26,037 nucleotides of DNA from Chthoniobacteraceae bacterium. GTDB lineage: Bacteria; Verrucomicrobiota; Verrucomicrobiia; Chthoniobacterales; Chthoniobacteraceae. Positions 1 through 9,692 of the stretch are shown piece by piece. The notes beneath the pieces are model-generated. The model was not told where the DNA came from, searched no databases, and worked only from the letters and a program-made list of their open reading frames with translations. Where the stretch lies: contig JBEBGD010000079.1 in the NCBI GenBank assembly GCA_040081625.1, forward strand, positions 1 to 26,037. Direction: 5' to 3'. Position 1 is the first letter of the stretch. The number at the start of each line of letters is the position of its first letter. Position numbers and translations under genes: made by a program.

Positions 1-1800
1 CGCGGTGAGCGCGCCGCCGCTGAGAATCGTGGCGCCGCCCGTCTGCGTGAAGGTGCCGCCAAGCGAGAGCGTGCCGCTGCTCACGTCGATCATCCCGGCA
101 TTGCTGGTTGCGAGTCCGATCGCCGTCGTCGTGGCCGCACCCGTCTTGCTGAGCGTGCCGGTCGCGCTGTTGGTGAACGCCGGCTCTGTGCCGCCAAAGT
201 TCAGGATCGTTACGTCGGCATCGTCGCTCACGGTGAAGGCGCCGTTGTTCACGATTTGCGAGCCCGCTGCCGCCCCGCCGCTGCTGCCCACCTGGAGGGG
301 GCCGCTGCTGAGATTGATCGTGCCATTGTTCGTGAGCGTGCGGCCCGTGTTGACGCCGCTGCCGATCGTCTTGCCGAGCCCGCCACTGATCGTCAGCGTC
401 GCGCCGGGTGCGATCGTCGTCGCACCGCTGCCGCCCATGATGCCGCCCGTCCACGCGTATGAATTGCTTGCCGTCAGCACGCCGGTGCCGGTGATCGTCC
501 CGGCCGAGTGCGCGACATTCGCCGCCGAAAGATTCGCATTCACGGTGAGCGTGCCGGAATCGACGAAGAGCGGACCCGCGCCGGGGAAGGTCGCGCCCGC
601 ATTCAGCGTGTAGTCATTGAAGTCGAGCGTCGCGCCCGCGGCGACATCGAACGCCCCGATGCCCGTGCCGCCTCCGGTGAAATCGAGTCGCCCGCTGGCG
701 GCGCTCACCGTCCCTGCGCTATTGAAAGCGACGCCGATGTTCGTCGTCGTGCCCGCGCCCGTCTTGTTGAACGTGCCAGTCGCGTTGTTCGTGAACACCG
801 GCTGCGTGCCGCCGACGTTCAAGACCGTGAAATCGGCATCGTCGGTGACATTGAACGCGCCATTGTTCACGATCTGCGAACCCGCCGCCGCGCCGCCGTT
901 GCTGACCACCTGGAGGGGAGCGCCGCTCAGATTGATCGTGCCGTTGTTTGTCAGCGTGCGTCCCGTGTTGGCGCCGCTGCCGACCGTCTTGCTGAATATG
1001 GCGCCGCTGATCGTCAGCGTCGCGCCGGGTGCGATGATCGTGGTGCCGCTCTCTCCCATGATGCCGCTCGTCCATGAGTAGGAGTTCGTCACGGTCAAGG
1101 TGCCGGTGCCGGCGATCGTCCCCGTCGCATGGGAGACATTGGTCACCGAGAGATTCGCGTTCACGCTGAGCGTGCTCCCGGAATCGACGAAGAGCGGACC
1201 CGCGCCGGGGAAGGTCGCGCCAGCGTTGAGCGTGTAGGTGTTGAAATCGAGCGTCGCACCCGTCGCGACATCGAACACTCCCGTGCCCGTGCCGCCTCCG
1301 GTGAAATCGAGTCGCCCGCTGGCGGCGCTCACCGTCCCTGCGCTTCCGAATGCCACGCCGATGTTCGTCGTCGTGCCCGCGCCCGTCTTGTTGAACGTGC
1401 CAGTCGCGCTGTTTGTGAACGCCGGTTCCAGGCCGCCGAAGTTCAGGAGCGCGATGTCGGCATCGTCGGTCACGTTGAAGACGCCGTTGTTCACGATCTG
1501 CGCGCCCGCCCCGGCGCCGCCGCTGGCGCCGAGCGTGAGGCCGCCGCCGCTCACATTCACCGTCCCGTCATTGCGCAGCGTCGGCCCGGTGTCCGAGCCG
1601 TTGCCGATGCCTTTGGTAGTCAAACCGCTCACCGTGAGCATCGCGCCACTGGCGATGGCCGTCGTCCCGCGGCCGGTCAGCGTGCCCTGGGACCAGTCAA
1701 ACGCGCTGAGCACGGTGAACGTCACGCCCGTCGGGCTCGTGAACGTGCCGGCGCTTTGCTGAAATGTCCCGACGCTCGCGTCGGCCGTGAGATTGATCGT
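1..1800 (-). repeat. Intragenic tandem repeat, period 618-624 bp (~206-208 aa), about 3 copies
   Basis: TTCACGAT(T/C)TGCG at 248, 866 and 1490. GAATCGACGAAGAGCGGACCCGCGCCGGGGAAGGTCGCGCC at 557 and 1181. 60 identical bp at 661-720 and 1285-1344. Confidence 0.9.
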
Positions 1801-4800
1801 CGAGACGATGTTCAGGATCGCCGTGTCCATCGCGCCCGGCACGCCGCTGTCGAGGTTCCAGTTCAGCGGGTTGAACCAGTCGCCATTCGCCGCCGAGTTG
1901 TCCCAGATGAAGGTGAGCCCGCCCTGCGCGATGACGAGGCCCGTCGCGTCGGGCACTTGCGATTTGCCCGTGGCCGCGCCGGACAGCGTGGTGAATGTGC
2001 CCGGATTCCCCGCGCTCTGCACGACGCGGAAAGCATTCCCGCCCGCCGGGGTGAAGCCGCCGAGGTGCGTGATATTCAGCGTCCCACCGAGCGTCGCCGT
2101 GCCCGTGACATTCAGCACATCGAACTGCCCCGCGCCCGTCCCGCTGAGGCCGACCGCGAGCGTGCCGGCGCCGCTTTGCACGTAGTTCCCGTTGATCGTG
2201 AGCGTGCTAACGAAATTGTCGCCGGGCCGGATCGTCGCGCCCGAGTTGTTCACGTTGCCGCTGATGTTGTTGCCCGCGGTCGTGTTGGAAACGATCTCAC
2301 CGCCGGTGAAATTCAGCACCGTGCTCGTGGCCAGCGTCGAGCCGAGTTGGATGAGCGCCTGTCCGGCCGACTGCGTGAAGCCGCCCTCGAAACGCAGCGT
2401 GCCGGAGCTGGGCGAAACTGTGCCCGCGTTGAAAAGGTCGATGCCGCTCTCGATCGTCGTCACCCCCGACGCCACGTTCTTTTGAAAGCTGCCGCCCGCG
2501 AGCACATTGATCGTGCCGCCACCGCCGAGGTTCGCGATGGGCACGTTGTTCCGCGCGGTGAAGCCTGCGCCGAGGTTGATCGTCGCGCCGTTCGCGAGGC
2601 CGAAGCTCCCCGTGCTGCTCCAATCCAGCGGGCCCGTCGTGTTCAACGTCCGTCCGTCGAGCACCAGCGCTCCCGCGCCCGAGCCCAGCAGCGCGATGCC
2701 GCCGTTGAAAGTCGTCGAGCCCGAGCCGCTCATCGTGCCATTTCCCCAGCTCCATCCGCCATCGAGCACGAGGTCGCCCGACCCGGTGATCGTTCCGCCC
2801 GCGAGATTCAAACTCCCGCCTCCCGGGATCGTCGTCGTCCCGCTGGCGAGCGTGAGCGTGCCGCCGGTATTGACCTCGAAATCGCCCGTGAGCGTGTGGC
2901 TCCCGACCAGCATGTAGGCGGACTCAAAACGGATATTGCTCGTCCCCGCATCGGTGAACGTCCCGAGCGTGCTCGTGCCGCCGCCTTGCACGAGGATCGC
3001 CCCGTTGTTCGTCTGCACGAGCCCCGCGTTGTTCAGCGCCACGCCCGGCGAGAAGTTCATATTGCCGCCCGCCGTTTTGATGAACGTCGCGCCCGCTTCG
3101 TTGCTGAAAACAGACGGCGTTCCAAATCCGGTGAAGCTCGCGTTGGTCTGCGATTCAAACACGCCCGCGTTTTGAATCTGCGCCCCATTGCCGAGCGCGA
3201 TGGCGCCAGCCGTCCACAGCGCGCTGCCGTTGATGTCGAGTATCCGTCCATCGAGCGTCTTCACGGCCGCGCCGGAAAGAGCCAGCGTCCCGCCGACGAT
3301 CGTGCTGCCCGCGCCGCTCTGCGTCCCGCCGCTCCACGTAAGATTCGTCAGCACCGTGAACGCCCCCGCGCCGCTGAACGTCCCTGCGCTCTGCTGGAAA
3401 GTGCCGACGCTCGTGCCGCTCGTGAGATTGATCGTCGAGGCGATGCTCAGCACCGCCGTGTCACCCGCGCCGGGCACGCCGCTGTCGAGATCCCAGTTGA
3501 GCGGGTTGAACCAATCCGTGTCCACTTCGCCATCCCAGACGAAGACGGTCTGCACCGGCAGCGCCGCGCTGAACTCGGAACTGTTCCCCGCGCCGTCGGT
3601 GGCGACCGCGGTGATGAAGCTGCCGGGTGGCGGCGCCATGGCGCCGGGGTTGAAGTTGAACGGCGCGTCGCCGCTGCCGTCGGTCGTGACGCCGATGTTG
3701 CCGAGAAAAACCTGCCCTTCGCCGAAGCCGGATGGATCGGCCACGGCGCTCGCGTAGAAGTCGATGAGAAAGGTCGCGCCCGCCGTGGAGTGCAGCGAGC
3801 CGCTTACATTGCTCATCGCGGCGCTGAGCGTGGCGCTGGTGAGCACGGGGAAGTTTTGCAGCCCGTTCGCGCCGGTATCGGCGTCGAGCGGGTCGTTCGG
3901 CGTCACGCCCGGGCCGCCGAGCAGATCGATGCCGGGCCCGGTGTTTCCGAAGATCGCGTTGCCGCGGATCGTGTTGCCGCTGGCCGCGCCGCCGCCCGCA
4001 TCGACGTTCACGCCGGCGATGGAGTTGAAGGCGATCAGGTTTCCCTCGCCCGCGCCGATGCCGCCGATGGTCGCGCCGCTCGCGTCGATGATGACCACGC
4101 CGCCGCCATCGTTGCCCAGCGGCAGCGCGCCGGTCAAATCCGTGCCGATGAAATTGCCCAGCACGACGACCCCGGTGCTGCCCGCGCCTTGGATGGACAG
4201 CCCCGCGCCGTTCCCTGAGATGATATTCCGCGCCGCAGGGTTGCTGCCGCCGATGGTCACGTTTGGCGCTCCCAAGACCACGACGCCATAGCCGGTGTTT
4301 CCGAGATCTGCCGTGCCCGTCGCATCCGTGCCGATGAAGTTGCCCTCGACGCGCGAACCGGAAGCGGACGCGGAAATGATGGTGACGCCATCATCACTCC
4401 CCCCGGAGATGACATTGCCCGCCCCCGGCGTGGTGCCGCCGATGCGCGTGGTGCCGCCCGCGGTGATGATGCCGGCGAAGCCATTCGGCACCGCGAGGGT
4501 GCCGCTGACATCCACGCCGATGTAGTTACCCTGGATGAGCGTGTTCGGCGACGTGCCGCTGATTTCGATGCCGAAGCCCCCGAAGCCGAAGCCCGCGTTG
4601 CCGGAAACTACGTTACGATCCGCCGGCACGGTGCCGCCGACGCGCGCGCCGTCAGTATTGTCGAGGCGGATGCCGCTCTGACTGTTCCCCACGACCGGCA
4701 TCCCCTCCTGGTCGAGGCCGATCCAGTTCCCCGCGACCACGCTGCCGTCGGCATCGAGCAGTTCGATGGCGTAGCCGCGGAAGCTGTGGATGGCCAGACC

Positions 4801-7800
4801 CTTCACGGTCGCGCCGCCATTGCCGAAGACCAGCCCGCTTTCCATCCCGGCGAGGTCTGGGATCATCGAACCATCGAGCACGATCCGCAGCACCGCGTCG
4901 CTGCCGACGGCGAGCGTGTTCGCGCTCGCGCTCGGCTGCGAGTAGCCGTCGATGACGACGGAGTCGGTGATCGCCGGCAGCAGCGTGAGCGGTTGGATGA
5001 CGCGCGGCCCGGCGCCGCCGGGAATGTTGAAGGTGATCGTGTCGAGCCCGGCGAGTGCGTTCGCATCGAGGATCGCCTGGCGCAGCGAGCCGGTGCCGGT
5101 GTCGTTCGTGTTCGTGACGACGAAGCTCGGCGCGGTGGCGAAGACCACGTCCGCGCCGTTCGGCGTGTAGGTCGCGGCGCCGCCGGGCGGCAGAATCGTC
5201 GCGGGAAAGCTGCCGCTGCGCGCGCCGGTGCTGGTGAGGACGTTGAACGTCGAGGGAGCGACCGGGTTGAACGGACTGATCGGCTCGAAGGTGAGCGTGC
5301 CATCGAGCATCGCGGTGCCGCCGACCTGGAGTTGGTCGTAGCCCACGCCGGGCACAGTGCCTGCCGCTTCGATGAATAGTTCGCCCCCCGGACCCTGCGT
5401 GTAGTCGCCGGTGACGGTGAGCACGCCGATGCCGCCGAGGCCGTTGCCGGGGGCAAAGAGGCCGGCGATGTTGTCCACCGCAGCGTTGATGGTGCCTTCG
5501 CCAAAGACGCGGCCACCTTGGATCACGAGCGGGACGCCGCTGGTGACGAAAGACGAACTTCCCACGGACAGGAAGCCGCCGAGCTGTGTGAAGCTGCTGC
5601 CGCTGCTGAACTGAAGCGTCGCGCCGACCGTCGCCGTGACCACGCCGCTCGTGAAGAACGGAACCTGAACGTCGGTCGTCCCGCCGCTCTTGAGGAACGA
5701 TCCGGTCGGCAAAACGTTCACCACGCCGCCGCCCGCGCCGCTGAGCACGTCGAAGCTGCCGAAGAAATTCACCGTGCCGCCGACGTTGATCAGCCCGTTT
5801 TGCTCGACCGAAAGATCCCCCGTGCCGTTCCACGATCCGGCGGAAGTCGGCGCGATGTTGAGCACCCATTGCGAGAGCGTCTTGGTGGCCGCGCCCGAGA
5901 TGTTGAAGGACCCGTTGACGAATGCGGTGCCGTCGCCGGTGAGCGAGCCGCCGCTCCACAGCAGCGGGCCGTCGAAGGTGAAGGTCTGATTGCTGCCGCC
6001 GAGCGTGCCGCCGGTGATCGAGAATGTCGTGTTTGGCGCGACGGTCACGAATGCATCGCCGCCGCCGAGCGTCCCGCCGGAGAGCAGCGCGGTGCCGCCG
6101 CCTTCGAAGAGGATGCCGTCGGCGACGGTGTAGGTGGCCGCGGAGTTGAATTCGAGCGTGGCGCCCGGCGCGATGCGGAAGATCGCGTCGTCCGCATCGC
6201 CACTGGCGAGAATGGTGAGCGTGCCTTGCTGCACGTCGAGGACGCCTTCGAGCGTGAAGGTGATCCCCGGCGAGATGGCCGCGCTGCCGCCGCCGGTCTT
6301 GCGCATCGCGCCCTCGGGCCGGACTTTCACCGTGCCGCCGGTGCCGCCGGATTGGAACGGCGTGTTGTTTTGCAGATCGAAGACGCCGCCGATATCGAGC
6401 AGCGCGTTGTTGTTCAACACGACCTGTGCACCGCCACTCGTCGCGCCGCTGCCCTGCACGAAGAGCGTGCGCCCGTCGAGCACCTTGGCCGCGCCGGTGA
6501 GCAGCGTGCTCGATCCGGCCTGCACGAGCGTGGTGCCTGCGCCGCCTTGCACGCCGCCGCTCCACACGAAGCTGCCGACGATGCTGAGTTGCTGCGTGCC
6601 GATGAGCATGCCGTTGCCCTGCTGGAAGTCGCCCACCGTGGCGGGTCCGGCGTCGAGCGTGATGGTCGCCGCGGTATTGAGGATCGCGACATCGCCCGCG
6701 CCGGGCACGCCGTCGGGATTCCAGTTCTGCGGCGTGAACCAATTCGTGTCGCCCGCGCCGCCCGCATCCCACACATACATGATCCCGTTGCGCACGAGTT
6801 GCGCGTTGGTCGCCGTGTAGTTCGGCGTGAGCGCGCCTTCGCCCACGATGAATTGGAAGGTGCCGCTGAGCGCGGTGGAAGTGACGTGGTCGAAGACGTT
6901 GCCGAGCTGCGGAGCGAAGCCGGGGAGGATCGTCACGTTCAACAAACCATCGATGGTCGCGGTCCCGCCCACGGTGAGCTGGTCGTAGCCGGTGCCCGCG
7001 ACGTTGCCGCGGATGTGAACGTCCAGCGTGCCCGACGCATCCTGCGTGTAGCCGCCGGTGACATTGAGAATGCCGGGCATTTCGCCGAAGCCGACGAAGA
7101 CGTAGCCGCCGCTGTTGAGCAGGCTGCCGGTGATGGTGCCCGCGCCGAAAAGCTGCGCGTCCGTGTTCAGCGCGATCGCGGTGCCGGTCTGCACATTGCC
7201 GCCGATGAGGCCCAGCACGCTGCCCGCGTCGCCGGCGTAGCCCGTGAGCGTGAGCTGGCCCGCGCGCGATTCGATGGTGCCGAAGTTTTGCACCATCGTC
7301 GTGTCGATGCCGAATGAGCCGGTGCCGAACTTGCCGATCTTGCCGAAGTTCGTCAGCCGGCTCAGCGAACTCGCGCCGTCCTGATCGAAGATGCCCGCGT
7401 TGAGCGTGAGCGTGGCTTCGGCGTCGATGCCGAAGTTGCCCGCGTTGAACGCGAGCCCCGCGCCGTCGAGCGTGAGCGTGCCGAACACACCGAGAGTGCC
7501 CGCGCTCCACGTGAGCGGCGTGCTGCCGTTGAGCGTGGCGGTCGAGCCGGGCTGGAGCGTGAGGCCGGGGCCGTCCTGCGAGCCGCCGGTCCACGTGAGC
7601 GAGTTGCGCACGGTGAGCAGCCCCGTGCCGAGCATCGCGCCGCCGCCGTGCTGGAAGTCGGACACGATCACCGAAGCGCCGAGCTGGATGGGATTCGCGC
7701 CGCCATTGAAGATCGCCGTCGCGAGCGGGCCGGGCACGCCGGTCGGGGTCCAGTTGAGCTGATCGAACCAGTCCGACGACTGCGCGCCGGTCCACGTGTA

Positions 7801-9495
7801 GGTGCTCGCGTCGCCGATGGCGGGCGAGAACTCGGAGGTCTCGTTCGTGTTCGTGGCGGTGAGCGTGGCGGTGAAAAGCGAATCGCCCGGCAACGCCGTT
7901 CCGAAGGTCCGCATGAACGTGCCGCCGAATGCGCCCGACCCGTCGGTGGTCACGTCCGCAGAGCCGAGGAAGACCGCGCCTTCGCCGAAACCCGAGAGAT
8001 CGAACTGCGCCGGCGCGATCGCGAAGAACTCGACGCGGTAATCCGTGAAAGCCTGCGCCGCGAGCGCGAAGTCGAGCGAGAGGTTCAGGCCGCCGTTGGT
8101 GAAGCCGGTGATCGTCGGCCAGTTCGTCAGCCCGTTCGGCCCCTGGTCGGTGTCGAAGTTGTCGTTGCTCGTGACGCCGAAGGAATTCTCCACGCCACCT
8201 TGCAGGTCGATGCCTAGGCCGGTGTTGCTGTGGATCGAGTTACCCGAAATGCGCACGCCGGTGATCGGGCCCGCCACTTCGCGCATCAAGACGCCCGGCC
8301 CGCCGTTGAAGACGATCACGTTGCCCTCGCCGGGATTCGGCCCGCCGATCAGCGCGGCATTCGTCCCATACACGCCGATGCCGGGGCCACCATTGCCGAG
8401 GTTGAGCGTGCCGGTCGCGTCGGTGCCGATCTTGTTTCCGAGCACGGTGATGTCGTCGCCCGGGAAGTCGCCGAAGTTGCTGCCGATCTCGATGCCTTCG
8501 TCCTCGTTGCCGGAGATGATGTTACCTTCGCCCGGATTCACGCCGCCCACCAAGGCGGTCACCGCGTTGTTGCTGAAGTTGATGCCGGACCTTTGGTTCG
8601 GCAGCGGCGCCGTCCCCGTGGCGTTCAAGCCGACGATGTTCCCCTGGATCGTGGTGTTCTCGCCGCTCAAATTCATGCCCCAGTCGCTATTGCCGCTGAT
8701 CACATTGCCCGCCCCCGGAGTGCTCCCGCCGATCATCGTATCGAACCCATAGCCCGAGACGCCGATGATGTTCGGGATGGCAACGTTGCCGCTGCGATCG
8801 GTGCCGATGAGGTTGCCCTGAATGACCGTCCCGAACGAAGAGTCCGTGAATGAGACACCGCGCGCACCGCCCGAGAGAATATTGCGGTCTGCCGGGTTCG
8901 GCCCGCCGATGCGATTGCCGGTGAAGACGTCCGTGCCGGAGAATAACCCGACGAACACCTGCGAGCTGGCGTTGCCGAAGTCGGCGGTGCCGCTCACGTC
9001 CGTGCCGATGAAGTTTCCGACGACGAGGTTGTTGTCAGACTGGATCGCGATGCCGTTTCCGTTGCCATTGGTCGCCAATGGCGCGCCGCGGATGACCAGC
9101 CCGGTCACCGTGCTCCCGCCTGTGCCGCCTAGGACGAGCGCGTGCCCGAAGTTTCCCTGCAGCGACGCATCGATCTCCACCCGCAGCACCGCGTTCGTCC
9201 CGATGCTCGCGGTATTCGCCGCCGTGCCCGACGCCGTGGAGCCGTCGATGAACAGCGCTTCCGTGATTTCCGGCAGCGGCGAGAGCGGCTGAATAACAAA
9301 CGAACCCGCGGGAATGCTCGCGAACGAAATCACATCCGCGCCCGACATCACGTTCGCCTGAGTGATCGCCTCGCGCAGCGAACCCGCGCCGCTGTCGTTG
9401 GTATTCAAGACGAGGATCGTCGCGGGTGCGATGCGGGCCTCGAGTGGCTCGATCGTGGCGGGGCGTTCCGGGCGGCGGCGTTTCGTCGATTTCAT
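1..9495 (-). CDS. Giant secreted/surface beta-helical repeat protein (CSLREA-like + parallel beta-helix + autotransporter-passenger-like modules), >=3165 aa, 3' end outside the window
   Basis: ATG at 9495 reads MKSTKRRRPERPATIEPLEARIAPATILVLNTNDSGAGSLREAITQAN. The same frame still reads ...GTFTQTGGATILSGGALTA at base 1. All P/V-rich + strand shadow ORFs (5..613 to 8822..9292) stay in one register, so there is no frameshift. Its absence from the ORF track fits an ORF with no stop in the window. Repeated GNxIGTDxxG / IGGxxPGxGNVISGN beta-helix motifs; G/T/N/S-rich. Confidence 0.93.
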   Translation of the reverse strand, partial: MKSTKRRRPERPATIEPLEARIAPATILVLNTNDSGAGSLREAITQANVMSGADVISFASIPAGSFVIQPLSPLPEITEALFIDGSTASGTAANTASIGTNAVLRVEIDASLQGNFGHALVLGGTGGSTVTGLVIRGAPLATNGNGNGIAIQSDNNLVVGNFIGTDVSGTADFGNASSQVFVGLFSGTDVFTGNRIGGPNPADRNILSGGARGVSFTDSSFGTVIQGNLIGTDRSGNVAIPNIIGVSGYGFDTMIGGSTPGAGNVISGNSDWGMNLSGENTTIQGNIVGLNATGTAPLPNQRSGINFSNNAVTALVGGVNPGEGNIISGNEDEGIEIGSNFGDFPGDDITVLGNKIGTDATGTLNLGNGGPGIGVYGTNAALIGGPNPGEGNVIVFNGGPGVLMREVAGPITGVRISGNSIHSNTGLGIDLQGGVENSFGVTSNDNFDTDQGPNGLTNWPTITGFTNGGLNLSLDFALAAQAFTDYRVEFFAIAPAQFDLSGFGEGAVFLGSADVTTDGSGAFGGTFMRTFGTALPGDSLFTATLTATNTNETSEFSPAIGDASTYTWTGAQSSDWFDQLNWTPTGVPGPLATAIFNGGANPIQLGASVIVSDFQHGGGAMLGTGLLTVRNSLTWTGGSQDGPGLTLQPGSTATLNGSTPLTWSAGTLGVFGTLTLDGAGLAFNAGNFGIDAEATLTLNAGIFDQDGASSLSRLTNFGKIGKFGTGSFGIDTTMVQNFGTIESRAGQLTLTGYAGDAGSVLGLIGGNVQTGTAIALNTDAQLFGAGTITGSLLNSGGYVFVGFGEMPGILNVTGGYTQDASGTLDVHIRGNVAGTGYDQLTVGGTATIDGLLNVTILPGFAPQLGNVFDHVTSTALSGTFQFIVGEGALTPNYTATNAQLVRNGIMYVWDAGGAGDTNWFTPQNWNPDGVPGAGDVAILNTAATITLDAGPATVGDFQQGNGMLIGTQQLSIVGSFVWSGGVQGGAGTTLVQAGSSTLLTGAAKVLDGRTLFVQGSGATSGGAQVVLNNNALLDIGGVFDLQNNTPFQSGGTGGTVKVRPEGAMRKTGGGSAAISPGITFTLEGVLDVQQGTLTILASGDADDAIFRIAPGATLEFNSAATYTVADGILFEGGGTALLSGGTLGGGDAFVTVAPNTTFSITGGTLGGSNQTFTFDGPLLWSGGSLTGDGTAFVNGSFNISGAATKTLSQWVLNIAPTSAGSWNGTGDLSVEQNGLINVGGTVNFFGSFDVLSGAGGGVVNVLPTGSFLKSGGTTDVQVPFFTSGVVTATVGATLQFSSGSSFTQLGGFLSVGSSSFVTSGVPLVIQGGRVFGEGTINAAVDNIAGLFAPGNGLGGIGVLTVTGDYTQGPGGELFIEAAGTVPGVGYDQLQVGGTAMLDGTLTFEPISPFNPVAPSTFNVLTSTGARSGSFPATILPPGGAATYTPNGADVVFATAPSFVVTNTNDTGTGSLRQAILDANALAGLDTITFNIPGGAGPRVIQPLTLLPAITDSVVIDGYSQPSASANTLAVGSDAVLRIVLDGSMIPDLAGMESGLVFGNGGATVKGLAIHSFRGYAIELLDADGSVVAGNWIGLDQEGMPVVGNSQSGIRLDNTDGARVGGTVPADRNVVSGNAGFGFGGFGIEISGTSPNTLIQGNYIGVDVSGTLAVPNGFAGIITAGGTTRIGGTTPGAGNVISGGSDDGVTIISASASGSRVEGNFIGTDATGTADLGNTGYGVVVLGAPNVTIGGSNPAARNIISGNGAGLSIQGAGSTGVVVLGNFIGTDLTGALPLGNDGGGVVIIDASGATIGGIGAGEGNLIAFNSIAGVNVDAGGGAASGNTIRGNAIFGNTGPGIDLLGGPGVTPNDPLDADTGANGLQNFPVLTSATLSAAMSNVSGSLHSTAGATFLIDFYASAVADPSGFGEGQVFLGNIGVTTDGSGDAPFNFNPGAMAPPPGSFITAVATDGAGNSSEFSAALPVQTVFVWDGEVDTDWFNPLNWDLDSGVPGAGDTAVLSIASTINLTSGTSVGTFQQSAGTFSGAGAFTVLTNLTWSGGTQSGAGSTIVGGTLALSGAAVKTLDGRILDINGSALWTAGAIALGNGAQIQNAGVFESQTNASFTGFGTPSVFSNEAGATFIKTAGGNMNFSPGVALNNAGLVQTNNGAILVQGGGTSTLGTFTDAGTSNIRFESAYMLVGSHTLTGDFEVNTGGTLTLASGTTTIPGGGSLNLAGGTITGSGDLVLDGGWSWGNGTMSGSGSTTFNGGIALLGSGAGALVLDGRTLNTTGPLDWSSTGSFGLANGATINLGAGFTARNNVPIANLGGGGTINVLAGGSFQKNVASGVTTIESGIDLFNAGTVSPSSGTLRFEGGFTQSAGQALIQLGSTLATSTVLNFTGGEIVSNTTAGNNISGNVNNSGATIRPGDNFVSTLTINGNYVQSGAGTLAVGLSGTGAGQFDVLNVTGTATLGGTLNITHLGGFTPAGGNAFRVVQSAGNPGTFTTLSGAATGKSQVPDATGLVIAQGGLTFIWDNSAANGDWFNPLNWNLDSGVPGAMDTAILNIVSTINLTADASVGTFQQSAGTFTSPTGVTFTVLSAFDWSQGTLTGRGTTAIASGAMLTVSGLTTKGIGNGSDTGPTLRNDGTVNVSGGGLTLGASGGAGAGAQIVNNGVFNVTDDADIALLNFGGLEPAFTNSATGTFNKTGAGTTTNIGVAFGSAGTVSAASGRLDFTGGGTGTGVFDVATGATLDFNTYTLNAGATFPGAGPLFVDSGSTLSVNANLSVTNVSHATGTIAGTGTLTVTNSYSWTSGIMGESGTTIIAPGATLTISGAIFSKTVGSGANTGRTLTNNGTINLSGAPLQVVSNGGAAAGSQIVNNGAFNVTDDADFTVLNVGGTQPVFTNNATGTFNKTGAGTTTNIGVAFNSAGTVSAASGRLDFTGGGTGIGAFDVAAGATLDFNDYTLNAGATFPGAGPLFVDSGTLTVNANLSAANVAHSAGTITGTGVLTASNSYAWTGGIMGGSGATTIAPGATLTISGGLGKTIGSGVNTGRTLTNNGTINLSSGPLQVGSSGGAAAGSQIVNNGAFTVSDDADVTILNFGGTEPAFTNSATGTLSKTGAATTTAIGLATSNAGMIDVSSGTLSLGGTFTQTGGATILSGGALTA

Positions 9496-9555
9496 GTGGG
9501 CGATTCTTTGCGCGCGAAGGTAGGGGGCGTGCCGCACCTCGATACGCGACCGGGG

Positions 9556-9583
9556 ACTGTCGGGAAAATATATTTTCCGTCAA
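9556..9583 (-). promoter_or_regulatory. Putative promoter of the giant gene with a perfect 16-bp palindrome (operator candidate) in the spacer
   Basis: GGAAAATATATTTTCC (9563-9578) is its own reverse complement. On the - strand: TTGACG (9583-9578), 16 bp, then a weak -10 GACAGT (9561-9556), about 60 bp upstream of the ATG. Confidence 0.55.
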
Positions 9584-9692
9584 AGCCATTCCTGCCCGAT
9601 TTTCGTGCGGCCCGCGGCTTCTCACTTGCCGCCGCCGCGCGGCGCGGCTTTATGTCCGGGGCCTTTCAAAACCTGACAAACAATATCGCAAT

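Noticed and set aside
1129..4218. 1029-aa + strand ORF, plus 5518..7317 and the many P/V-rich + ORFs across 5-9292
   Set aside because: Antisense shadows of the giant - strand gene; R/A- or P/V-rich with no motifs, as expected from GC-biased codon usage.
4652..7795. 1047-aa - strand ORF
   Set aside because: Alternative frame inside the giant gene; Arg/His-rich with no recognisable domain.
9426..9692. ORF-track N-terminal extensions (citrate synthase from 9426; also cyclophilin 14104, aldolase 23310, sulfatase 24644, amidase 25707, hydrolase 17536)
   Set aside because: They overlap neighbouring genes or precede clear signal peptides or domain starts; the downstream starts give coupled overlaps or clean leaders.
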